A stretch of 64,000 bases of DNA from Patescibacteria group bacterium (GTDB taxonomy: Bacteria > Patescibacteriota > Minisyncoccia > UBA6257 > 2-01-FULL-56-20), in assembly GCA_028865305.1 (NCBI GenBank), contig JAGWKM010000003.1, forward strand, positions 4,820-68,819, read 5' to 3'. Both the position numbers and the translations under genes were made by a program. The notes below the pieces were generated by a model. It was not told where the DNA came from. It did no database searches and saw only the letters and a list, made by a program, of their open reading frames with translations. Numbering within the stretch: the stretch's first letter is position 1; each line of letters begins with the position of its first letter. Positions 38,121 to 47,922 of the stretch are shown in pieces.

Positions 38121-38879
38121 ATGATTTCATTTTCGGGCGTGACGAAGTCCTATGGCAAAGGCAAAAAGCTACGGACCGTGGTGGACGATTTCACGCTGGA
38201 TGTCGACGTGCCGATTTTCGGCTTTTTAGGGCAAAACGGGGCTGGGAAGACGACTATCATGAAAATGACGGTAGGATTGCTCATGCCGACTGCGGGAACG
38301 ATCGGGATTGACGGCGTCCCGTCGCAAAGCGCCGCGGCAAAGTCCAAAATTGGCTTCATGCCCGAAACACCGTATTTTTATGAGCGGATGACGGGAATTG
38401 ATTTCCTGCGGTTCTGCGATGAACTGTATGGCAGCCCCGAAAAGGACCATCGGGGGCGCTACGAAACCATTCTGAAAAAAGTCGGCATTTTCGAGGCGCG
38501 CAGCCAGGAGATCCGCACCTATTCAAAGGGCATGCGCCAGCGGTTGGGGTTTGCGCAAGCGCTCGTGAACGATCCGGAATACCTGTTTTTGGATGAGCCG
38601 CTCGACGGCCTGGATCCGCTCGGCCGGCGCGAGATGAAGGCGGTGATGTTGCGGCTGAAAAGCGAAGGCCGGAAGATTTTTCTCAATACCCACATCCTCT
38701 ATGATGTCGAAGAGATCTGTGACGAGGTGGGTATCATTCACGAAGGGAAATTATTATACGCCGGCGGCGTGAAGGAATTTTGCGCGGGGAAGCCGCTCGA
38801 GGAGCGGTTTGTGGAAACGGTCACGGGTGCGAAGAATGGAGTACGGAGAATGGAGAATGAATTATTAAAAATTCATTAA
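38121..38879 (+). CDS. ABC transporter ATP-binding protein (PilH-like context)
   Basis: GQNGAGKTT, YSKGMRQR, LDEP; C-terminus NGVRRMENE runs through a heptamer arm. Confidence 0.92.
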   Translation: MISFSGVTKSYGKGKKLRTVVDDFTLDVDVPIFGFLGQNGAGKTTIMKMTVGLLMPTAGTIGIDGVPSQSAAAKSKIGFMPETPYFYERMTGIDFLRFCDELYGSPEKDHRGRYETILKKVGIFEARSQEIRTYSKGMRQRLGFAQALVNDPEYLFLDEPLDGLDPLGRREMKAVMLRLKSEGRKIFLNTHILYDVEEICDEVGIIHEGKLLYAGGVKEFCAGKPLEERFVETVTGAKNGVRRMENELLKIH

Positions 38880-39354
38880 ATAACATTTGCAAATTAAAAC
38901 GCACATGCTATGACGAAGATGTGGAAAATAGAATCAAAAAGTTTACCGATCTCAACGCATGGAGAGAAGCCCATAAGCTTGTTTTGTATATTTATAGAAT
39001 TACAAGGTCGTTTCCTAAAGAGGAAATTTTTGGTTTAACAAATCAAATGAGACGGGCAGCTGTATCTATAACTTCAAATATTGCAGAGGGATTTGGAAGA
39101 CGCAGTTTTAAGGACAAAGCACGGTTTTATTATTTGGCAAAGGGATCGATAAACGAAGAGAAAAATCAAATTTTGATTTCTCATGACATCGATTATTTAT
39201 GCGATGCTGAATTTCAGGAAGGTATACAGCAGGCTGACATTGCAGATCAACTTTTACAGGGTTTAATTAATTCAACAGAAAAAGGATAATGATGGAGGTG
39301 GAATTGGGGTGATTTTATCCCATTCTCCATTCTCCATTCTCTATCCTCCATCCC
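38831..39354. mobile_element. Putative filled heptamer-armed element 2 (four-helix-bundle gene) within an ABC operon
   Basis: Left arm GAAGAAT GGAGTAC GGAGAAT GGAGAAT; right arm CCC ATTCTCC ATTCTCC ATTCTCT ATCCTCC. Mobility is inferred. Confidence 0.6.
38921..39289 (+). CDS. Four-helix-bundle protein, paralog of 35474-35881
   Basis: GTG start; about 71% identical to the first copy over 115 aa (hand count). Confidence 0.93.
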   Translation: MENRIKKFTDLNAWREAHKLVLYIYRITRSFPKEEIFGLTNQMRRAAVSITSNIAEGFGRRSFKDKARFYYLAKGSINEEKNQILISHDIDYLCDAEFQEGIQQADIADQLLQGLINSTEKG

Positions 39355-40119
39355 ATGCGCAACATCTGGATTATCGCCAAAAACACTTTTAAGCTTGAGA
39401 TCAAAGACCGCATCTGGATCGGCATCCTGGTCTTCGGCATTTTTTACGTCGTGCTCACCTTGTTCCTTTCCGACCTGGTCCTCCGCGAACTGCCCATGGT
39501 GAAAAGTTTCGGCCTTACCGGCATTTATTTCTTCAACGCGATCGTGGCGCTTTTCCTCGGCACGACGTCGTTCTACAAAGATGTGGACCGCAAGACGGTT
39601 TACTTCATCCTATCGAAGCCGGTGTCGCGCGCGCAGTTTCTGGCGGGAAAATTCCTCGGGCTCTGCCTGCTGCTTTTCGTCACGACCGCCATTTTGGCCG
39701 TCGGCTATTTGGCCGTCATCGCCTGGAATGGCGGCGGGTTTGACGCGATCGGTTTGCTTGCGATTGCGATGCAATTCTTGGAAATGGCGCTTTTTGTGGC
39801 GTTCGCGATTTTCGTCTCGACGTTTTCGAGCTCGCTGCTTTCGATCGTTTACACCTCCGCCGTTTTTTTCCTCGGCCATATCGTGAGCGCGCTTCTCGCT
39901 GATGCGCGCGAACTTGGCCTCGGCGGCATCCAATATTTCTTCGTGCAGGTTTTGTATTACGTATTCCCGAACCTTGAGAAATTCGACCTCCGCGGCATGG
40001 CAGTGCATGCCGTCGCGCTGCCCGGCGATGCATTCGTGCTGGCGCTCATTTACGCCGCCGCATATATCGCGCTGCTCTTAATGGCAAGCATGTGGGTGTT
40101 TGAGAAGAAAGAGATTTGA
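39355..40119 (+). CDS. ABC-2 type permease (PilI-like context)
   Basis: IAKNTF...DVDRKTVYFILSKPVSRAQFLAGKF; multi-TM. Confidence 0.85.
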   Translation: MRNIWIIAKNTFKLEIKDRIWIGILVFGIFYVVLTLFLSDLVLRELPMVKSFGLTGIYFFNAIVALFLGTTSFYKDVDRKTVYFILSKPVSRAQFLAGKFLGLCLLLFVTTAILAVGYLAVIAWNGGGFDAIGLLAIAMQFLEMALFVAFAIFVSTFSSSLLSIVYTSAVFFLGHIVSALLADARELGLGGIQYFFVQVLYYVFPNLEKFDLRGMAVHAVALPGDAFVLALIYAAAYIALLLMASMWVFEKKEI

Positions 40120-40123
40120 TGTG

Positions 40124-40219
40124 AATGACTAATTAATAATTAATAACGAATGCCCAATATCGGAATGCCCAACGGATATTATGCATTGGACATTCGTTAT
40201 TAATTATTAATTAGACATT
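40124..40219. repeat. AT-rich armed element, short copy A3
   Basis: 35-bp inverted arms (40124-40158 and 40185-40219, 2 mismatches) containing TAATTAATAACGAATG. Confidence 0.93.
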
Positions 40220-40233
40220 AGCCATTTCAAAAA

Positions 40234-41085
40234 ATGTCCGCCATTTTTTATCGCACCACCGCCCTCATCCTCCTTCTCCTCGCCGTCACTTCCGCCCAGT
40301 TTTATTACGACGTCGCGAAGCTGCCCGGCGTCCGATGTTCTTCCGCCGACCGCGACTGCCAGACGGTGTTTTCGCCCGAGGCCATCCGCCTCATCGACCT
40401 CGGCTTCAACGCAACCATCGGCTCATTCCTCTGGGCCGGCACCATGCCGGAGATTTTGGACCTCTTTTTAAACGATAAAACCGAATATATTCCCGATGTC
40501 CGCTATATAAACGCGGTCGACCCGAAGCTCAGCTATCCGTACGCGTTTTCAGTGCTCACGTTGCCGGCCATTTCAACGGCCACGTATCCGCAGGCGATCA
40601 CCGAAGCGCAACGGATCGGCGAGCGGGGATTGTTGCACGCCGACCCGGACTGGCGTATTCCGTATTACATGGCCATCAATTATTTCCTTGAGCTGAAGGA
40701 CGGCGAGGATGCCTTGAAATATTTCGATATTGCCGCACAGACGCCGGGCATTCCGGATTTCGCCAAACGGTTCGCGGAAAATTTCGGCATCGGCGCGAAC
40801 GACCGGAAGAAGGTGGAAGAACTTTGGGCAACCATCCGCGACTCGACAAACGATCCGGATACGAAAGCGCGCGCGCAGGCGTATATCGACCGGTTGCAGA
40901 TATTCGATTATCTGGAGGCCGCGGCGAAAGTTTATAAGCAGCGCTTCGGTTCGTGGCCGGCCGCGCCGCAAGTTATGGCGGATAAAGGCATCATCCCGTT
41001 CGTGCCGCAGGACCCGTTCGGTTATACGTTTATCATCAATAAAGACGGTTCGGCGGGAATAAATGTGAATAAGTATCCGGGGTAG
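40234..41085 (+). CDS. Secreted TPR-like helical protein associated with the pilus-type ABC pair
   Basis: N-terminal signal; DPDWRIPYY...YF, PQDPFGYTF. Confidence 0.7.
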   Translation: MSAIFYRTTALILLLLAVTSAQFYYDVAKLPGVRCSSADRDCQTVFSPEAIRLIDLGFNATIGSFLWAGTMPEILDLFLNDKTEYIPDVRYINAVDPKLSYPYAFSVLTLPAISTATYPQAITEAQRIGERGLLHADPDWRIPYYMAINYFLELKDGEDALKYFDIAAQTPGIPDFAKRFAENFGIGANDRKKVEELWATIRDSTNDPDTKARAQAYIDRLQIFDYLEAAAKVYKQRFGSWPAAPQVMADKGIIPFVPQDPFGYTFIINKDGSAGINVNKYPG

Positions 41086-41229
41086 CGAGCGGTTTCAGGT
41101 TCGTGATTTTCAATCAATGATCAATGAGCCAGTGCTTCAATTGGAGACTGAAAATTGAAAAATAAAATATTCTCCAATAAAAATGCCCGGGCGTGCGGCT
41201 CGGGCAGGAGAGTGGAGGAATAACGGGAG

Positions 41230-41592
41230 TCAGGCATTTTGGCATACGGGAACGCCTTCGGGCCGCGGCGCCGTCCATTCGACTTCGGATCCGTCTGGAA
41301 GGACGAAAACATTCGTGCCGCCGGCGTTGTAGGCCACGGTTGGGAAATCGAAGCCCCGCTCCCTCAGAAAACAGTGTATCTCCGGGCCAAAGCAACCGTC
41401 TCTCACGCTTTGGCAATAGTTCGTTTGCAGTCGCCTTATGAAGGAAACCGCGATATCATCGTAGCGTTGATAGTTGAATTCGCCGCGACGAGAGAGCCCT
41501 TGGCCGATGCATATACCATGGATCACCGCGAGAAATTGCGCGACCGCTTCTCCGCGCGACCCTTTTCCAAACCGTTTCGGCAACCGTTCCAA
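41230..41592 (-). CDS. Possible peptidoglycan-binding-domain protein
   Basis: GSRGEAV...RRLQ...DGCFGPE; TTG start with GAGGAG. Confidence 0.5.
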   Translation of the reverse strand: MERLPKRFGKGSRGEAVAQFLAVIHGICIGQGLSRRGEFNYQRYDDIAVSFIRRLQTNYCQSVRDGCFGPEIHCFLRERGFDFPTVAYNAGGTNVFVLPDGSEVEWTAPRPEGVPVCQNA

Positions 41593-41680
41593 TTTTATTT
41601 TTCTCCTCAGAAAAAAAATTTGGTGCTACTTCATTTATAACCGCCGTCGTTTCATTTGTCAAAAGAATCGCGTGTTCAGC

Positions 41681-41715
41681 TTTGGGATTTGGTCATTGGG
41701 ATTTGGGATTTGGTT
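41681..41715. repeat. (TTTGGGA)-type heptamer array
   Basis: TTTGGGA TTTGGTC ATTGGGA TTTGGGA TTTGGTT. Confidence 0.8.
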
Positions 41716-41800
41716 AGGTCAATTAGGTCGATTAGAGTAATTAGATTAATTAGCCGAACTCCATCAGGGGTTCATCGAAGCACATGCTATAATGAACCCC

Positions 41801-43633
41801 ATGTCTTTGCTTTGGAGCTACATCCGGCGTTATAAAAAGACGCTTGCGCTCACCCTGGCCCTTGCAATGGTGAACACCGTGTTTTCGCTCGTCGACCCGC
41901 AGATTTTCCGCATCATCGTCGATGATTACATCACAAAAATCGGCCAGATTTCACGGGGCGATTTCATCCGCGGCGTCCTGCTCCTCCTCTTCGCCTCCGT
42001 CGGCGCCGCGCTCATCTCGCGCATCGCAAAAAACTTTCAGCAGTATTACGAGAATGTCGTGACCCAGCGCGTTGGTACCGAGCTCTACGCCTACAGCGTG
42101 AAACACTCCTTCTCCTTGCCGTACGCCGTCTTCGAGGACCAGCGCTCCGGCGAACTGCTCCAAAAGCTCCAAAAGGCGCGGCTCGACAGCCAGCAGCTTA
42201 TCTTGAGTTTCATTGACATCGTGTTTGTGGCGCTCGTCGGCATCGTCGCGGTTCTCGCATACGCGTTCTATGTGCATTGGCTGATCGGCCTGCTTTATTT
42301 CCTCATCATCCCGATCCTTGGCGGCGTCCTCTTTTTCCTCGGCCGCAAAATCAAATCCATCCAGAAAAGCATCGTCGTTGAATCCGCAAACCTCGCCGGT
42401 TCCACCACCGAAACGCTCCGCAACGTCGAGCTCGTGAAAAGTTTGGGGCTCGATGACCAGGAAACGCGGCGGCTGAATGCGGTGAACGACAAAGTGCTCC
42501 AGCTCGAGCTCTCAAAGCTCACCGTCATCCGCAAGTTAAGCTTCACGCAAGGCACCATCGTGAACGCCATGCGGTCGCTCATCCTTTTCACGATGCTTTA
42601 TCTCATTTTCCTCGGCCACGTGTCGCTCGGCGAATTCCTCACGCTCTGGTTCTATTCGTTCTTTATCTTCCAGCCGCTCGGCGACATCGGCACCGTGGCG
42701 GCGCAATACCAGGAGGCGAAAGGCAGTTTGGAAAAGTTAAAGGAAATCTTGACGATACCGCCGGAGGAAAAGCCGGGCAATCCGGTGGATGTCGGTCAGT
42801 TGAAATCAATCCAGTTCCAAAACGTTGAATTCAGTTATCAGAGCAATTCCGTGCCGGCGGTGAAAAACATCAATCTCGAAATCCGGAGCGGCGAAACCGT
42901 CGCCTTCGCCGGCTATTCAGGTTCCGGCAAAACAACACTCGTGAAATTACTCGTCGGGCTCTACCGGTCAACGAAAGGGGACATCATGATAAACGGCGTC
43001 CGCGGCCTCGACATCGACTTCGATCTTTTGCGCCGCCGCATCGGCTACGTTTCGCAGGAAACGCAACTCTTCGCCGGCACGTTGCGCGAGAATCTATTAT
43101 TCGTCCAGCCCGACGCAACCGATGAAGATTGCTGGGAAGCGTTACGCGCGGCGTCAGTCACCGGCATCGCCGACCGCCCTCCGGTCGTGTTTGGGGTAGG
43201 CGGCGGGAAAGGTTTGGAAACCCGCATCGGCGAAGGTGGCATCAAAATATCCGGTGGCGAACGGCAGCGGCTTGCCATCGCGCGCGCCCTTTTGCGCAAA
43301 CCCGATTTGATCATCTTCGATGAAGCAACGTCGAGCTTAGATTCCATCACCGAGCGCTCCATTACAAAAACCATTAAAGACATCGCCGCTTCGCGTCCGA
43401 ATCTCATCACCGTCATGGTCGCGCACCGCCTCTCGACGATCTCCCACGCCGACGAAATCTACGTCCTCCAAAAAGGCAGTATCCTCGAGCACGGCCCCCA
43501 CGAAAAAATCCTCAAGCACAAAGACGGCCTCTATACCGCACTCTGGAAAGAGCAAAGCGGCGGAGGAGGGGAAGAGCGCGATGAAGTTGAAGACCGCCTT
43601 CCCCGCGTTGAAACCACCAAGCAGGGAGTATAA
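41801..43633 (+). CDS. ABC exporter, fused permease and ATPase (MsbA/MdlB-like)
   Basis: TM domain; GYSGSGKTT, ISGGERQR, FDEATSSLD, AHRLST; TGcTATAAT 7 nt upstream. Confidence 0.93.
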   Translation: MSLLWSYIRRYKKTLALTLALAMVNTVFSLVDPQIFRIIVDDYITKIGQISRGDFIRGVLLLLFASVGAALISRIAKNFQQYYENVVTQRVGTELYAYSVKHSFSLPYAVFEDQRSGELLQKLQKARLDSQQLILSFIDIVFVALVGIVAVLAYAFYVHWLIGLLYFLIIPILGGVLFFLGRKIKSIQKSIVVESANLAGSTTETLRNVELVKSLGLDDQETRRLNAVNDKVLQLELSKLTVIRKLSFTQGTIVNAMRSLILFTMLYLIFLGHVSLGEFLTLWFYSFFIFQPLGDIGTVAAQYQEAKGSLEKLKEILTIPPEEKPGNPVDVGQLKSIQFQNVEFSYQSNSVPAVKNINLEIRSGETVAFAGYSGSGKTTLVKLLVGLYRSTKGDIMINGVRGLDIDFDLLRRRIGYVSQETQLFAGTLRENLLFVQPDATDEDCWEALRAASVTGIADRPPVVFGVGGGKGLETRIGEGGIKISGGERQRLAIARALLRKPDLIIFDEATSSLDSITERSITKTIKDIAASRPNLITVMVAHRLSTISHADEIYVLQKGSILEHGPHEKILKHKDGLYTALWKEQSGGGGEERDEVEDRLPRVETTKQGV

Positions 43634-43858
43634 ATAAACTTTTCCATTAGAGAAGGCGGCCTTCTCATTGTCTTCTCATCCCAGCCCTCGAGCTAGGATC
43701 CAGAAGTTGGTGTCGTCATTCCGGACTTGCCGTGCCCACCATAGTCCGACGACGGCGGGATCCTGGATCCAGTGCTCGCTCCGTCGTTTGAATTTCCCTC
43801 CACGAAGGCGTACGAGGTTTTCGAAGAAAAACGGCTGGAAGCATGATATTATGAAGAT

Positions 43859-44476
43859 ATGAAAAGGTGGTCGACGGTGGTTTCGGCGGTAATAATTTTG
43901 GTAGTTGGGGCGCTGTTCATGGCGCGGTTTTTGGGCGGATCGGAAGATGCTTGGATTTGCGTGAATGGGCAGTGGGTGGAGCACGGGCATCCGTCGGCGC
44001 CGCAGCCGTCGAGTGGGTGCGGGAATCCGGCGTCGGCGGGAGCGAACGACCCGAAAAATGCGACTTACTTGATCGAGAACCAACCCGTGGCGTTGGCGGG
44101 CGGCCGAGCTGAAACGGAGATTGCGCCAGGGTCAGCTTCGAAATTGGTTACGCAATATTTCGGCAATGAGGCGATGGGCGATTTAAACGGCGATGGCCTG
44201 CCGGACGCAGCTTTCATTTTGACGCAGACCGACGGCGGTAGCGGTATATTCTATTACGTGGCCGTGGCGCTTGGGCTTTCGGGCGGCGGCTACCATGGGA
44301 CGGACGCGGTTTTCCTTGGCGACCGGATTGCGCCGCAATCGACCGAGATCAAAAACGGAGTTTTGACCGTGAACTACGCGGACCGGAAACCGACTGATCC
44401 GATGACGGCGGCGCCGAGCGTCGGCATTTCGAAATATTTGAAAGTGGTGGATGGCCAATTAGTTGAAATGCAATAG
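43859..44476 (+). CDS. Membrane-anchored hypothetical protein
   Basis: TM, then EDAWICVNGQWVEHGHP; GDLNGDG; GGSG.FYY. Confidence 0.75.
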   Translation: MKRWSTVVSAVIILVVGALFMARFLGGSEDAWICVNGQWVEHGHPSAPQPSSGCGNPASAGANDPKNATYLIENQPVALAGGRAETEIAPGSASKLVTQYFGNEAMGDLNGDGLPDAAFILTQTDGGSGIFYYVAVALGLSGGGYHGTDAVFLGDRIAPQSTEIKNGVLTVNYADRKPTDPMTAAPSVGISKYLKVVDGQLVEMQ

Positions 44477-44544
44477 GAAGAGTGGTATCCTTTCTCTTGT
44501 GTCACCCCTATGAACCGCCGGTTCGGGGGAGTTGTGTGTTGGGG

Positions 44545-44637
44545 AAGAAGAAGGAATACAGAAGGAAGAAGGAATATTTCAAATTCTATATTCTCGATTC
44601 CATTCCTTATTCTTTTTTCCTCGTTCTTTCTTCTTTT
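44545..44637. repeat. Degenerate heptamer-armed element before uvrA
   Basis: AAGAAGA AGGAATA CAGAAGG AAGAAGG facing a TATTCT/TTCCT-rich arm. Confidence 0.65.
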
Positions 44638-44645
44638 AAAGAAAC

Positions 44646-47201
44646 ATGCGCGATAAAATTACAATCAAAGGGGCGCGAGAGCACAATCTAAAGAACGTTA
44701 ATCTCGAGATTCCGCGCGATAAAATGGTCGTTTTCACGGGGCTTTCGGGCTCGGGCAAATCGAGCTTGGCTTTTGATACGATCTTCGCGGAGGGCCAGCG
44801 GCGGTATATCGAGTCGCTTTCGGCGTACGCGCGGCAGTTTTTGGGTCGGCTCGACAAGCCGGACGTGGATGACATTGAAGGGCTGTCGCCCGCGATTTCG
44901 ATCGACCAGAAATCGCATTCGGCGAACCCGCGTTCGACCGTCGCGACCATCACGGAAATTTACGATTATCTCCGCGTGCTCTTCGCGCGCGCCGGCAAGC
45001 CATTCTGCCCGCGTTGCGGCCGGGAGATCAAAAAGATGACGAACGAGGAGATCGTCGATATTGCGATCGATATTTCCGAGGAGAATGGAGGACGGAGAAT
45101 GGAGAGTGGATTGGTTTCCAAGAAAACGCTTGGTAAAAATCTGCTGATCCTTGCGCCGGTCGTCCGCGGGCGAAAAGGGGAGTATTACCAGATGCTCTAT
45201 GATTTCCTGAATGCCGGGTTCAGCGAGGTGCGCATCGACGGCAAATTCCATTCGTTGCGCGACCGGGTTGAATTGAGCCGCTACAAATCGCACGACATTG
45301 ACCTCGTGATCGACCGCATGCCGGCCGGGATGAATTTCAAAGACAAGGACAACCGCCTGCGCCTCGCTGAAGCGATCGAGTCGGGCATCAAGTACGGCAA
45401 CGATGTCGTGACAATCATCACCGACAAGGAAGTTTCGCTTTCGGCAAAGTTCACCTGCCCGCACGACGGTTTTTCATTCCCCGAAATCGAGCCGCGCCTG
45501 TTTTCGTTCAATAGTCCCTACGGCGCGTGCCCGGAATGCCATGGTTTGGGCGTGAAAGATATTTGGTCGGATGAGATATGCCCGGTCTGCGAAGGCAAGC
45601 GTTTGCGCGAAGAGAGTCTGAATGTGCTCGTCAACGATAAAAGCATCGTGATGGTGACGGCGCTTTCCATCGAGCGGGCGTATGAGTTTTTCAGCAAGAT
45701 GAAATTCGCGACGGCATCGATGGCGGAGGTCGCGGAAACGCCTCTCCGCGAGATCAAGAGCCGGCTGAAGTTCATGATCGACGTCGGCTTGGAATACCTG
45801 ACGCTCGACCGCAAGGCCGGAACGCTTTCCGGCGGCGAGGCGCAGCGCATCCGGCTGGCGTCGCAAATCGGTTCGCGGCTTGTCGGCACGCTCTATATTT
45901 TGGATGAACCGACGATCGGCCTCCATCAGCGCGACAATTTGAAACTGATCCAGACCTTGCAGGAGCTGCGCGATTTGGGGAACACGATCGTGGTCGTTGA
46001 GCACGATGAAGACACGATCCGCGCGTCGGATTATTTGGTCGACGTCGGGCCCGGAGCCGGCGTGCATGGCGGCAGGATCGTGGCGGCCGGGCCGGTGCCG
46101 GAAATTTTGAAAGATTCGAAGCAGGACTCGCTTACCTTGCAATATCTGCGCGGCAAGAAATTCATCGAGGTGCCCGATGAGCGTCGCAAAATCGATTCGA
46201 AGCGCGAGCACCTGAAGATCCGCGGCGCGCACGCGAACAACCTGAAAAATATAAACGTAGATATTCCGCTCCGGCGTTTTACGGCCGTGACTGGCGTCTC
46301 GGGCAGCGGCAAGTCATCGCTCGTGTACGATGTGCTCTATGAAGCCGTGGCGGCGAAATTAAACCGAACGAAAGCGCCCCCCGCGAAAGCATCTTCCATC
46401 CTCGGCCTGGAATATATTAACCGCATCATAAACATCGACCAGGCCGCGATCGGCCGCACGCCGCGCTCAAATCCGGCGACGTACGTCGGCGCCTGGACGC
46501 ACATCCGCGACCTTTTCGCCTCAACCGAAGACGCCCGCGTGCGCGGCTACAAGCCCGGCCGGTTCAGCTTCAACGTGCCCGGCGGCCGCTGTGAAAACTG
46601 CGAAGGCCACGGCACGATCGCGATTGAGATGCACTTCCTGCCGACCGTCTACGTCACCTGCGATATCTGTAAGGGCAAGCGCTTCGACCGCGAGACGCTC
46701 GAAGTCGAATACAAGGGGAAAAATATCTACGACATTTTACGGATGACGATCGAGGAAGCCGTGAAGTTCTTCGAAGACATCCCGTGGCTCTATGAAAAAC
46801 TCACCATCTTGGAAGAGGTTGGCTTGGGCTATCTTGAACTTGGCCAATCAGCCACGACGCTCTCCGGCGGCGAAGCCCAGCGCATCAAGCTCTCGGCCGA
46901 ACTCGGCAAGCGCGACACGCGCCGCACGTTGTATTTATTGGACGAGCCAACCACCGGCCTCCATTTCGCCGACATCGACCAGCTCATCAAAGTCCTGCAA
47001 CGTTTAGTTGATCGCGGTAACACCGTCGTCGTGATTGAACACAATTTAGACGTGATAAAAACCGCCGACTGGGTAATTGATTTAGGCCCCGAAGGCGGCG
47101 AGCGAGGAGGCCAGATAATAGCCACGGGAACCCCCGAAGAAATAGCAAGGAAGAAAGGCAGTTTCACAGGGGAATACCTAAGGAAAACATTACAGAAGTA
47201 A
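44646..47201 (+). CDS. uvrA: Excinuclease ABC subunit A
   Basis: [32 protein letters not shown] twice, FSFN zinc-finger motifs. Confidence 0.97.
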   Translation: MRDKITIKGAREHNLKNVNLEIPRDKMVVFTGLSGSGKSSLAFDTIFAEGQRRYIESLSAYARQFLGRLDKPDVDDIEGLSPAISIDQKSHSANPRSTVATITEIYDYLRVLFARAGKPFCPRCGREIKKMTNEEIVDIAIDISEENGGRRMESGLVSKKTLGKNLLILAPVVRGRKGEYYQMLYDFLNAGFSEVRIDGKFHSLRDRVELSRYKSHDIDLVIDRMPAGMNFKDKDNRLRLAEAIESGIKYGNDVVTIITDKEVSLSAKFTCPHDGFSFPEIEPRLFSFNSPYGACPECHGLGVKDIWSDEICPVCEGKRLREESLNVLVNDKSIVMVTALSIERAYEFFSKMKFATASMAEVAETPLREIKSRLKFMIDVGLEYLTLDRKAGTLSGGEAQRIRLASQIGSRLVGTLYILDEPTIGLHQRDNLKLIQTLQELRDLGNTIVVVEHDEDTIRASDYLVDVGPGAGVHGGRIVAAGPVPEILKDSKQDSLTLQYLRGKKFIEVPDERRKIDSKREHLKIRGAHANNLKNINVDIPLRRFTAVTGVSGSGKSSLVYDVLYEAVAAKLNRTKAPPAKASSILGLEYINRIINIDQAAIGRTPRSNPATYVGAWTHIRDLFASTEDARVRGYKPGRFSFNVPGGRCENCEGHGTIAIEMHFLPTVYVTCDICKGKRFDRETLEVEYKGKNIYDILRMTIEEAVKFFEDIPWLYEKLTILEEVGLGYLELGQSATTLSGGEAQRIKLSAELGKRDTRRTLYLLDEPTTGLHFADIDQLIKVLQRLVDRGNTVVVIEHNLDVIKTADWVIDLGPEGGERGGQIIATGTPEEIARKKGSFTGEYLRKTLQK

Positions 47202-47538
47202 TTTCGTCATCTACGCGCAGCGCCCGTCATAGCTTTAGCGGGCGGGAAAACGGGGATCCACGCTTTGAATAAAGGACCAAGTGACAATATTTCCATCGGT
47301 GCTATAATTGGTTTTAGCGAGGTGATGGTATGCTCCTGTTGGGTTTCGGATTCCCGATCCTGGTCATCTTGTTGGCTCTGAACTGGGCGTGGCCGCGCCG
47401 CGATCGTTTTTCGGAATCTCGTCTGATGGAACATTTTATGGGTCCGCTGAGGTAATAAAAATATCGAAAGCGAGACACGCATGACTCCTGAATTTGCCCG
47501 GCTCTTGCAGCCGGGATTTTTATTTGATTACGAAGAGC

Positions 47539-47567
47539 TTGACGCGTTATTCATTTATTACTATAAT
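47539..47567 (+). promoter_or_regulatory. Sigma70 promoter for the 47620-49608 operon
   Basis: TTGACG-17-TATAAT. Confidence 0.75.
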
Positions 47568-47619
47568 TAATTCAGGCCTTTAGAAACTTTTTTGGTCAGA
47601 AGGTCAGAAAGGAAGAGTT

Positions 47620-47889
47620 ATGAGATATCGGGGGTTTGTAGTCGGCTCTGAAACGAGGCCCGGCGGACGTCTTGTTTGGAAAGTGAGGATAAAGGACGCC
47701 GGCAGCCCCTATGATGGCCAGAAGTTCACCGTGGCTTCGATTCACGGCGGACTTGAGCTCGCACGGGGGCTGAACGTTACCTTCGTCCTCGGGACCGTGG
47801 ATGACGAGACTGAGCAAAAAGTCATACGAGCCGTTGATGTGCGCCTGGAAGGAATTCCGGACGCGAAACCGCAACAGGACGAGCACTAG
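47620..47889 (+). CDS. Small beta-rich (OB-fold-like) hypothetical protein
   Basis: YRGFV...LNVTF.L...AVDVRL, loosely cold-shock-like ending. Confidence 0.65.
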   Translation: MRYRGFVVGSETRPGGRLVWKVRIKDAGSPYDGQKFTVASIHGGLELARGLNVTFVLGTVDDETEQKVIRAVDVRLEGIPDAKPQQDEH

Positions 47890-47922
47890 GCCGGAAAGTC
47901 AAAAGGTCAGAAGGGGAATGAA

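Noticed and set aside
35474..39289. Diversity-generating retroelement
   Set aside because: The proteins are Avd-like, but I found no reverse transcriptase and no template/variable repeat pair with adenine-specific differences in the window.
47207..47482. 91-aa minus-strand ORF after uvrA
   Set aside because: No motif, SD-like sequence too close to the ATG, and the end runs through a repeat hairpin; not supportable.
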